Assembly: GCA_035380125.1 (NCBI GenBank) | Contig: DAOSWV010000014.1 | Location: forward strand, 1,308 to 65,307 | Direction: 5' to 3' | Length of the DNA: 64,000 nucleotides | Origin: Oscillospiraceae bacterium | GTDB taxonomy: Bacteria; Bacillota; Clostridia; Oscillospirales; JAKOTC01 | Shown here: positions 20,038 through 28,190 of the stretch, piece after piece | How the letters are laid out: each line of letters starts with the position of its first letter | Numbering within the stretch: the stretch's first letter is position 1 | The notes under the pieces: generated by a model | Told to the model about the DNA's origin: nothing | What the model saw: the letters and a program-made list of their open reading frames with translations, nothing else | Databases searched by the model: none | Translations under genes and position numbers: made by a program

Positions 20038-20700
20038 TTACGATTCTTTTGACTTTTCGGGTTTTTTAATCACAAGCGGTTTCTCCTCACCTTTGAGAAG
20101 CCGCTTAATATTTGCTTTGTGCATGATTACGACGACAATCGCAACCAAAGCCGCCGCTGAGGTGAAAAAAATCCAGTTGGGGTCGCCGCTCAGCGTTAAA
20201 AATACATAATTGATGATCGGCAGCGAAATAGCCGCCGAAATTGAAGAAATCGAAATGATATGCGTGAACGCAAATATCAACAGAAAGACTGCCAGCGCCA
20301 GCAAGCAGATCGTCGGGTTGATTGCAAGCATCATACCGGTTGCGGCCATAACGCCTTTTCCGCCTTTAAATTTAAACCATATCGGAAACAGGTGCCCGAG
20401 TACTGCAAAGACGCCGCCGATATAACCCGCGTAATAGACCTCGCCACCCGTGAAATAGACAAACAGCAGATTGGCCGCAATTACCGAAACAATCGCTTTT
20501 CCGAGATCGCCAAGTGAAGTCAGCACCGCTGCCGGAACGCCGACACAGCGCAAAACATTTGTCATACCCGCGTTTTTGCTGCCGACCGTGCGAATATCCT
20601 TTTTCAAAAACGCTCTGCTGACCGGAATCGCAAAACAGATGCTGCCGAGCAGATAGCCGACCAACGCCGAAAGTCCCCCTGCGATCAGATACTTCACCAT
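20038..20700 (-). CDS. plsY: Glycerol-3-phosphate acyltransferase PlsY
   Basis: 220 aa polytopic protein with GSKNAGMTNV and FKGGKGV motifs. Confidence 0.93.
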   Translation of the reverse strand: MVKYLIAGGLSALVGYLLGSICFAIPVSRAFLKKDIRTVGSKNAGMTNVLRCVGVPAAVLTSLGDLGKAIVSVIAANLLFVYFTGGEVYYAGYIGGVFAVLGHLFPIWFKFKGGKGVMAATGMMLAINPTICLLALAVFLLIFAFTHIISISSISAAISLPIINYVFLTLSGDPNWIFFTSAAALVAIVVVIMHKANIKRLLKGEEKPLVIKKPEKSKES

Positions 20701-20778
20701 ATAGAGCCAACCTTTCGTATATTCCGAGATGCTTTGTCCGTTTGAATTAATCCGCGAATAAGTGAACCTCTTAATCCC

Positions 20779-22104
20779 TTATTTTTCGTCTCCGCGTTCG
20801 CGGATGATCATTTTTACCGGCGTACCTTCCAAACCGAAAGTCGCACGAATCTGATTTTCTATATAACGCTGATAGGAATAATGAAACAGCTGCGCATTGT
20901 TGCAAAAGCATACGAATGTCGGCGGTCTCACCGAAGCCTGTGTCATATAATAGATTTTTAAACGGCGGCCTTTATCCGTGGGCGGTTGTACCCGTGCCGT
21001 TGCCTCGGCCAATAAATCGTTTAAAATACCGGTCGAGATACGCATGCTGTTTTGTTCATTGACATATTTGATCAACTCAAAAAGACGTTCAACGCGCTGT
21101 CCCGTTTTGGCGGAAATAAACAGATATGGTGCGTAGGTCATAAATGCAAACGTATCGTCTAAATCCTTTTTAAAATTGTCCATTGTATGGGTGTCTTTTT
21201 CAATCAGATCCCATTTGTTGACGACAATGATACATCCCTTGCCCGATTCATGTGCGAGTCCCGCCACCTTGGTATCTTGTTCGGTCACACCTTCGGTCGC
21301 GTCAATCATGATGACGCAGACATCAGCCCGTTCGACCGCCATCTGGCATCGCAGGACGCTGTATTTTTCAATTTGGTCATAAACACGGGATTTTCTGCGT
21401 AATCCGGCGGTGTCAATGAATGTGAATTTACCCTCTGCGTTTTCCACAACCGAATCCAGTGTGTCCCGCGTCGTGCCTGCCACATCGCTGACAATCGCCC
21501 GTTCTTCTCCCGCCAGTTTATTAAGCAGTGAAGATTTTCCCGAGTTCGGTTTCCCGATGATCGCAACTTTAATCGAATCTTCGTCTTCTTCATCGTCACC
21601 GAGTTCGCCCAAAACTTCATAGACGGCATCCAACAGGTCTCCGGTGCCATGCCCGTGAATACCCGAAACCGGATACGGATCACCCAATCCGAGGTTATAA
21701 AATTCATATAATTCAGGCGGTGCTTCACCGATATAATCACACTTGCTGACAGCAAGCAGAATCGGCTTTCCGCTTATACGCAATTTGGCAGCCACATCCT
21801 TATCCGCTGCGGTGACACCTGCAGACAAATCGGTTAAGAAAATGATCAGATCCGCACGTTCGATGGCGATTTCGGCTTGCGTGCGCATTTGGAAGAACAT
21901 ATCATCGGTGTCGGTGATCTCGATCCCACCCGTATCGACCAATAAAAACTTCTGTCCGCGCCACTCGCAATCGGCATAGATGCGATCTCGGGTTACGCCC
22001 GGCGTATCCAATACAATAGAAACCCGTTTCCCGACGAGTTTATTGAACAACGTGGATTTCCCAACGTTCGGGCGACCGACAATCGCCACTGTTTTTTTTG
22101 CCAT
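20779..22104 (-). CDS. der: Ribosome biogenesis GTPase Der (EngA)
   Basis: 441 aa with two tandem G domains (GRPNVGKST and GKPNSGKSS) and a KH-like C-terminus. Confidence 0.96.
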   Translation of the reverse strand: MAKKTVAIVGRPNVGKSTLFNKLVGKRVSIVLDTPGVTRDRIYADCEWRGQKFLLVDTGGIEITDTDDMFFQMRTQAEIAIERADLIIFLTDLSAGVTAADKDVAAKLRISGKPILLAVSKCDYIGEAPPELYEFYNLGLGDPYPVSGIHGHGTGDLLDAVYEVLGELGDDEEDEDSIKVAIIGKPNSGKSSLLNKLAGEERAIVSDVAGTTRDTLDSVVENAEGKFTFIDTAGLRRKSRVYDQIEKYSVLRCQMAVERADVCVIMIDATEGVTEQDTKVAGLAHESGKGCIIVVNKWDLIEKDTHTMDNFKKDLDDTFAFMTYAPYLFISAKTGQRVERLFELIKYVNEQNSMRISTGILNDLLAEATARVQPPTDKGRRLKIYYMTQASVRPPTFVCFCNNAQLFHYSYQRYIENQIRATFGLEGTPVKMIIRERGDEK

Positions 22105-22113
22105 ACCTTTACC

Positions 22114-23409
22114 TCATTTGAATGCAAGCTGCTTCACCAGCTCGGCTCCGTCATTTTGTACAATTCTTATTTTTATATTTAAACGCTTTTCTAAATCATT
22201 GACGCTGATATCATCTAAAAAAACATCGGTTTTATGCTTGAACATATTTTCGCAAAGCAGTAACGCCGAAAATTCGCGCACATCCCCTGCTCCGTTTGCC
22301 ACATCCTCTCCGCCGAGAAGACCGGTAACTGTGACATATCCGCCAAACAGACGATTTTTCGCCATGCGTACGACATGATTTGTTAAAAATTTCTCATTAT
22401 AAGCAGTCACCAATTCGGCCATGGTCGGAAAAGCAGCTTCACCGGTTACAATCAGAAAACGCTCTGCGCTTTTTACGTTCTGCACATCTTTCAATGCTTC
22501 ATAAAACTGCTCTTTTAGCAGGGTCAACATACCGACGCCGTTTTCAAGTTGGTAATAATCCTCGTAAAATTCGGGCGAAGGAAGCGGTCTTTGCGCAAGC
22601 AGATAGAATTCGTCCGCTGCCGCGATGATTCGGCTTCCGCGTTTTTGAAGCGTTTCTTTTGCAATAGATTCCGTAAAGTCAACTACCGCTTCCGCTTCGA
22701 ATTTTTCAAACGGTCTGAGCGGGAAAAGACCTTCGCGATGTCCGGTCAAGCCGACCGGAATGACTGCGATCGAACAGACGTTCTGATAAGAAAGCAGGTC
22801 GTTCACGCTCTTTTCAAGCGCTTTTCCGTCATTGATACCCGGGCAGAGTACGAGTTGAAAATTCATCTCGATACCGGCTTTATCGAATTGATCCAGATAA
22901 CCCAATACCTCGCCGGCGTGCGGGTTTTTCATCATTTTGACGCGCAATTCGAGATCGGTGGTGTGTACTGAGACATTCACCGGAGACAGGTGCATTTGAC
23001 AGATTTTATCTGCCTCTTCATCGGTCAGGTTGGTCAGCGTGATGTAATTCCCCAAAAGATAGGAAAGCCGCTCGTCGTCGTCTTTGAAATATATGGATTC
23101 CCGCATACCTTTGGGATTTTGATCGATAAAACAAAAAATGCATTTGTTCTTGCAGCCCTTGTGTTTGTCACCGAGAAAAGTACCGAATTCCAAGCCGAGG
23201 GACTCATATTCCCCTTTGACGAACTGCAGCGTATAAGATTTTCCGGTTCGGGAAAAAACCAAGTCCACTTTGCTCTCAGTCGTATAAAACCCGTAATCCA
23301 GCGTGTCGCGGATCGAATGGCCGTTGACGCTCACGAGCATGTCGCCGCCGCGCACACCGTGATTGGCGCATATGCTGTTTTCGGTCACGCCGACAATTTC
23401 AATACTCAT
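22114..23409 (-). CDS. DUF512 domain protein (PDZ plus radical-SAM-like, TIGR03279-type)
   Basis: It has a PDZ-like N-terminus, a CxxxCxFC cluster (CKNKCIFCF) and a DUF512-type C-terminus. I chose the ATG at 23409 (MSIEIVGV) because an AAGGATGG SD precedes it. Placement upstream of der-plsY is conserved. Confidence 0.8.
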   Translation of the reverse strand: MSIEIVGVTENSICANHGVRGGDMLVSVNGHSIRDTLDYGFYTTESKVDLVFSRTGKSYTLQFVKGEYESLGLEFGTFLGDKHKGCKNKCIFCFIDQNPKGMRESIYFKDDDERLSYLLGNYITLTNLTDEEADKICQMHLSPVNVSVHTTDLELRVKMMKNPHAGEVLGYLDQFDKAGIEMNFQLVLCPGINDGKALEKSVNDLLSYQNVCSIAVIPVGLTGHREGLFPLRPFEKFEAEAVVDFTESIAKETLQKRGSRIIAAADEFYLLAQRPLPSPEFYEDYYQLENGVGMLTLLKEQFYEALKDVQNVKSAERFLIVTGEAAFPTMAELVTAYNEKFLTNHVVRMAKNRLFGGYVTVTGLLGGEDVANGAGDVREFSALLLCENMFKHKTDVFLDDISVNDLEKRLNIKIRIVQNDGAELVKQLAFK

Positions 23410-23641
23410 CTGATTACCATCCTTAAATCCCTGCTTGCAGTGGGATTTCTCCGCGGCGAAGTTGAAATTTGGTTTATGAAGGCTATTATCAGTCTGAGAT
23501 TCTTCAACTTTGCGCACGGGGTGCGCTGCGTTCAGAATGACAAATCAATTTTAAACACTCTACGGGGAGTTTGGAACGTAAGATACAAACTTTCTACTTG
23601 AAAACATATTTCAATAAAAATATGTTTTTAAGTTTTTTACG

Positions 23642-23672
23642 CAAAAAAGGAGAGGATATTGACCCTCCCCTT
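23642..23672 (-). terminator. Rho-independent terminator after rpmF
   Basis: On the minus strand the stem aaggggagg / cctctcctt has an 8-nt loop and is followed by TTTTTTG. Confidence 0.6.
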
Positions 23673-23694
23673 ATCGCAGTCGCTTTACCTGAGA

Positions 23695-23886
23695 TTACTT
23701 CTTTTCCTCTTCGTGGGATACGACTTCTTTATCGCCGTAATAACCGCAGTTGCCGCAAACCTTATGCGGAACGGTCAACTCTTTGCAGTGAGGGCATTTG
23801 ACCAGCGTCGGCGCATCGAGCTTCCAAACGTTTGAACGACGCTTGTCTCTGCGTGTGCTGGAAACTCTCCTCTTAGGTACAGCCAT
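23695..23886 (-). CDS. rpmF: 50S ribosomal protein L32
   Basis: 63 aa beginning MAVPKRRVSSTRRDKRR, with a CxxC..CxxC zinc ribbon. Confidence 0.95.
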   Translation of the reverse strand: MAVPKRRVSSTRRDKRRSNVWKLDAPTLVKCPHCKELTVPHKVCGNCGYYGDKEVVSHEEEKK

Positions 23887-23916
23887 TTCTTTTTCCTCCT
23901 AAATGTTATGAAAAAA

Positions 23917-24405
23917 TCAGTCGCCCGAAATGTCCTCATCTTCAAACAATACGGGTTTCGGGTTGTCACATCCGCAGGATCCGTTGTTGAGATTACCTCC
24001 GCAGTTGATACACAGTCCCTTGCAGTTTTCCTTACACAGTCTCCGCTGCGGCACACAGAACATCATATCGTCCCAGACAATGGGATTGAGTTCGAGGCGT
24101 CCGTTTGCGTCAGGCTTTATGATGTCTCCGAGTTCCGATTCGGAATCAAAAAGCTTGTGTGAAAAAATCTCGCTGTGAGCCTGCTCGAATTCTTCGGTGC
24201 AGCGGTCACATTCAAGGGTCAGGATAAAATCCACGGAGAGTTCAAGCATGATGTCGCCGCTGTCATTACATGCGGTCGCTTTTACCGTGACCGGATGATT
24301 TACAATCGGTGATATCTCGCTCTGCCACTCAATAAAGTCGCAGATCCCCTCGCGTTTTACCTTCGCGCCCGGATTATCAATCAAATCAGAGATGTCAATA
24401 AACAT
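23917..24405 (-). CDS. YceD/DUF177 family protein
   Basis: 162 aa lying directly upstream of rpmF, which is the conserved pairing. The C-terminus is Cys-rich (C..C..CINCG). Confidence 0.85.
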   Translation of the reverse strand: MFIDISDLIDNPGAKVKREGICDFIEWQSEISPIVNHPVTVKATACNDSGDIMLELSVDFILTLECDRCTEEFEQAHSEIFSHKLFDSESELGDIIKPDANGRLELNPIVWDDMMFCVPQRRLCKENCKGLCINCGGNLNNGSCGCDNPKPVLFEDEDISGD

Positions 24406-24484
24406 GGAAATCCCCCCAAGAACGCAAAAGCGTGGATAATTATATCACCGTGTCAAAATAATGTCAACCCCGAAAAATCAAGAT

Positions 24485-26650
24485 TTAATCGAAATATCCC
24501 TCGAATTTTTCAAAGGCGGGCGTCAGTTTTTTTACCTCTCCCGCAAACAACCGGCAGGAAACTGCGCGAGATTCAAAAGCCGAAACTACGTTTTCGGTTT
24601 GCGTGTCGTAAAACTCATCAAGTGAATCTAATTCTTCGATAAAATCGGTTGATGTGAAACTGGCGTTTCGTTTTAAATACAAATCCCGCAGCGTATCATA
24701 AATATCCGGTATCGTGTAAAACTGTGCATCAGCCCAATACAGTGTTTTCTTGCTGCCGTTATTTATAACTCCGGCAATTGAATTACAGACAGACGCGTCA
24801 AACAGGAAGGTATATTTCAATTCACCGATCGTTTGGCAGGTTTCTATGCAGGTCGATACTTTCCCCTGCTCAAACTGAACGAGCGCTGTTTCCATTTTTG
24901 AGGCATAATCTAATGGAATTTCATAGGAACTCTGTTTTCGGTTCCGGCTGTTTAACACAAAAAATGTAGAATCAATTCTCATAAAGAACTTACGCATTTC
25001 CGCATTCAGCTCAAAAGCCGATGAATAAATACGTCCCGCTTTGTTATATTCTCCCGCAGCGACGGCATCTTCATACGCCGTATTGATGTTCCGGACATAA
25101 TAATTCATAATCTGCGCCTGTACCGTTGCGACATATTCGGCGTTTTCCATCTCTGTAATATCAATTCCGAACTCTAGGAGCGCTGTTTCGTCTACATCTT
25201 GATTTAAATTGGTGAAAAACGGGAGGAAATTGTATGGAATTACAGCTGTTTGATCGAAAGCAAGAAGCAGTTTTGCATAGAGTTCATAACTGTACCGAAA
25301 GATCTCGGCATCATATCGGTTTGTATTATCCAAATTCGTATGACGAAAATTCACGGCGAATTCACTTACATCAAGATCCAGGCCGACTGTGGGAATACCG
25401 ATCGATTCGAAGATGTACCCGCTCTCACCGCCAATGATATTATTGCTGATCGTAACACCGTTTTCAAACGTTCCCGTCAAATCCGAAAGCGTATTGCTCA
25501 CAAAGGTCTCCAATCCGACGCTGACCGCTAACGGATAACTCGTACCGTGATCTGCGGCAGGCATAGTGATATCGATATGCACCGTGTTGCCTGAAGTCCA
25601 TTCGGCATGTGTTTGCGTCAGTTGAATATAAGCACCGTAAGAAGTAGAATAATCGGTGTTGCGTTTCGCAAATTCCGAACCGCCGTATGCGACAAACACC
25701 AATGTTTTTTGCGGGGTATATCCGCTGTTTTTGACTGCTTGCGCAAGACCGAGCAGCAATGCGACACTGCAGCAATTTTCATTATAACCGTAATAAAACC
25801 GATCGTAATCCGCTGTAATGATGATTCTGGAATTTTCATCGAGCCCCGGAATATACCCGACAACATTATAACCGGTCGAATTATCGGTGAACCCAAAATC
25901 GGTATTAAGCGTCACTACGACCGCGCTCTCGTTTTCAACTGCATCTTCATAGGCGCCAAGCAGCACCTGAGCGTCTGTTTCCGTCATATTTAAAACTGCC
26001 ATGGACGACGTCACAGAATACGTATCCGAAAAATAAGCAGTCGCCAGTTGTTCGTCTTCCTCAGAATTTGTAAAAGCTGTGATTAAAGCGGCAGCACCAT
26101 GAGCTCGCGCTTGTTCAATCACATATTTGATTGTGTTATCGTCCTGATTATCGAGAATTGCCAAAACCGCTTTCCCTTTTACAGTTACATCCTCATATTC
26201 ATCAGCAGAACCGTTTCCGACACTGATCAGGGTCAGACGTTGTTCTCCGGAACTATCGGATGGTAATGCCGAAAGCCGAAAGCTTACGACCTCACCCTGT
26301 TCTGTGCGATAACTGAGTTGAGCCGAACGAAAGGAGAACGAAGAACAGGAAAATTCCTCTTTTGCGACTCCGCTTAATCCAAGCTGTGACATTTTTGAGC
26401 TGATTAAATCTGCTGTCTGAGTTGCAGACTGTGATCCCGAAAGCGCAAAACCAAGTTCACTTTCAACATATGCAGACATTGTCTGTGCAAAAGATATATT
26501 TAAATCGTCGGGAATCTGTTGAATTAGAGCCTCATAAGCCCTGTCTTCTGAGATTTCAACGGATTTATACTCGCTTGCACAGCCGGAAAACGCCGCCCCA
26601 GTCGTCAATATGATGATTAATATAATTGATATCAGTGTTTTTTTATGCAT
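24485..26650 (-). CDS. PA-domain / M28-peptidase-like lipoprotein (GCPII/transferrin-receptor-like layout), possibly non-catalytic
   Basis: It has a signal peptide with lipobox AFSGC, a PA-like segment (VKGKAVLAILD..ARAHGAAALI), an M28-like core (NVVGYIPG..IIITADYDRF..GYNENCCSVALLLGLAQ) and a long helical C-terminal region. The start could be 26650 or 26665. Confidence 0.65.
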   Translation of the reverse strand: MHKKTLISIILIIILTTGAAFSGCASEYKSVEISEDRAYEALIQQIPDDLNISFAQTMSAYVESELGFALSGSQSATQTADLISSKMSQLGLSGVAKEEFSCSSFSFRSAQLSYRTEQGEVVSFRLSALPSDSSGEQRLTLISVGNGSADEYEDVTVKGKAVLAILDNQDDNTIKYVIEQARAHGAAALITAFTNSEEDEQLATAYFSDTYSVTSSMAVLNMTETDAQVLLGAYEDAVENESAVVVTLNTDFGFTDNSTGYNVVGYIPGLDENSRIIITADYDRFYYGYNENCCSVALLLGLAQAVKNSGYTPQKTLVFVAYGGSEFAKRNTDYSTSYGAYIQLTQTHAEWTSGNTVHIDITMPAADHGTSYPLAVSVGLETFVSNTLSDLTGTFENGVTISNNIIGGESGYIFESIGIPTVGLDLDVSEFAVNFRHTNLDNTNRYDAEIFRYSYELYAKLLLAFDQTAVIPYNFLPFFTNLNQDVDETALLEFGIDITEMENAEYVATVQAQIMNYYVRNINTAYEDAVAAGEYNKAGRIYSSAFELNAEMRKFFMRIDSTFFVLNSRNRKQSSYEIPLDYASKMETALVQFEQGKVSTCIETCQTIGELKYTFLFDASVCNSIAGVINNGSKKTLYWADAQFYTIPDIYDTLRDLYLKRNASFTSTDFIEELDSLDEFYDTQTENVVSAFESRAVSCRLFAGEVKKLTPAFEKFEGYFD

Positions 26651-26914
26651 CCCTTTTAACCGCATTTCTATTATAATAATGAACATCGTAAATTTGAATT
26701 TTTTATTTGCCGTCTTTTTATCTGACGCCGCCAATAATGCTACCTCAAAATCGATAAAATGTCAAGAATACACAGTTTATCAATAAATTTATAACAATTC
26801 GTTTTAATATGTTAAGATTATGTGAAGTCATAGTAAAATTATTCTCTCTTTATTGTAATATTTTAACTTCGAAAACCTCATTTGTGATGAAAACCCAAAT
26901 TTTGAGTTTGACTC

Positions 26915-26944
26915 TTGACTTCTTCCGTGTAAAAACTGTATAAT
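26915..26944 (+). promoter_or_regulatory. Sigma-70-type promoter candidate for the transporter cluster
   Basis: TTGACT, an 18-nt spacer, then TATAAT, within a 260-bp AT-rich divergent intergenic region and about 55 nt upstream of the GTG start at 26998. Confidence 0.4.
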
Positions 26945-26997
26945 TGCTTGCGTCACGAAGAGTTACGTAAGCTATTTTTCCATTCGGAGGTTATATT

Positions 26998-28173
26998 GTG
27001 AAAAGGTACATCGGCATTTTTTCTGCTACGGTTCTTGCACTCTTCATCGCTTTCGGAAGCGGATGTTCTCTGTTACCGACAGAGGAAGAACTTCTGCCTC
27101 CGAAACTCGTCTCCGCCGCTGCGCTCAATTATACGACCGTCACCGTCGAAAAGGGAACCATTATTAACGAAATTGCCGGAGACGCCGTATTCAGAACATA
27201 TGATACTGTGAATGCAGCTTTTACGGTTGACGGTACGGTTTATTCCAGAGACGTTGAAATCAATCAAAAGGTCAGCAAGGGTGACTTGATTGCCGTGCTC
27301 GCCGAAAATGCAGATTATAAACTTCAGCTCTCCACGAAACAGCGGGAAGTCAACTCGTTAAAAATTGAAATGGACACCGCTTATGAAAATTCACAGGGCG
27401 GCGGAGAAGTTGCATTGCTTAAACTCGCACTGGAACAGGAAGAATATAATCTTTCTGTTATCCAAGGCGGAGGGACCCTCAGCGACGGCACCACGCTTGA
27501 AGGACAACAGCTAAAGGTTCAAATCGCACAACAGACCTATGACAACGCAATTGCTACCGCTGAAAACACTTATGTTGTCTCAAAAGCAAATTACGATCTG
27601 GCCTTGGAGGAACTTGCTGCGATTCAGGCCAAATACGATGCTTGCTTTTTATATGCGCCGATCACCGGAATCTGCACTTGGACGAACAGCGTACAACCCG
27701 GTAAAACAATCGCCGCAAACGCCGATTTCGCCACTTTCACACCCGCTAAATCCATCGTTCTGGCTTATTCCAGTATCAAAGATATTTCTGAATTCGTCGA
27801 AGTCGGCACTGAGTTCAATGTCACGTTTAACGGAACCGACTACGTCGGCACCGTGACCCAAACACCTCAAACACAGCCTGCGGGTGCAATGTATAATGTG
27901 AAATATATGTATTTCCTCAATGTAAAAGGAATCGATATGGCCGACGCTAATCTGCTCGGTCAAAGCGTCGCTATCAATTTAGTCCTTGACAGCCGTGAGG
28001 ACACTTTCGTGGTTGATACAACTCAGCTCTCCTACGACAACGGCGTATATTACCTCAATCTGCTCGTAGACGGACTTCCGATTCTTACGGAAGTCACACT
28101 CGGTATTTCCAATGATACACAAACCGAAATTCTCAGCGGGCTCTCCGTCGGGGATCAGATCATCATCGGTTAG
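26998..28173 (+). CDS. Periplasmic-adaptor / HlyD-family membrane fusion lipoprotein
   Basis: 391 aa with lipobox FGSGC, a lipoyl-like segment (KVSKGDLIAVL), a long coiled-coil hairpin, and beta-barrel plus membrane-proximal C-terminal domains. GTG start with a GGAGG SD. Confidence 0.8.
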   Translation: MKRYIGIFSATVLALFIAFGSGCSLLPTEEELLPPKLVSAAALNYTTVTVEKGTIINEIAGDAVFRTYDTVNAAFTVDGTVYSRDVEINQKVSKGDLIAVLAENADYKLQLSTKQREVNSLKIEMDTAYENSQGGGEVALLKLALEQEEYNLSVIQGGGTLSDGTTLEGQQLKVQIAQQTYDNAIATAENTYVVSKANYDLALEELAAIQAKYDACFLYAPITGICTWTNSVQPGKTIAANADFATFTPAKSIVLAYSSIKDISEFVEVGTEFNVTFNGTDYVGTVTQTPQTQPAGAMYNVKYMYFLNVKGIDMADANLLGQSVAINLVLDSREDTFVVDTTQLSYDNGVYYLNLLVDGLPILTEVTLGISNDTQTEILSGLSVGDQIIIG

Positions 28174-28190
28174 ATAGGAGGCACATCGAT

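Noticed and set aside
23601-23628. An 11-bp AT-only hairpin (aaaacatattt / aaatatgtttt) lies between the rpmF terminator and the DUF512 gene.
   Set aside because: The stem is pure A/T and so very weak. It could be incidental in AT-rich spacer DNA. I could assign it neither as a terminator nor as a regulatory element.
26809-26943. A 44-codon plus-strand ORF (MLRLCEVIVKLFSLYCNILTSK...) lies in the AT-rich region upstream of the adaptor gene. I considered it as a possible exported peptide or bacteriocin precursor for the ABC system.
   Set aside because: It has no SD before the ATG. It overlaps the best promoter candidate for the cluster, shows no leader-peptide features such as a double-Gly motif, and its composition simply mirrors AT-rich DNA.
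26946-26972. An imperfect inverted repeat, gcttgcgt-N11-acgtaagc, lies just downstream of the -10 of the transporter promoter candidate. I considered it as an operator.
   Set aside because: Only 7 of 8 bases match in short arms, which chance can easily explain. No cognate regulator is encoded in the cluster apart from the speculative AbrB-like tail.
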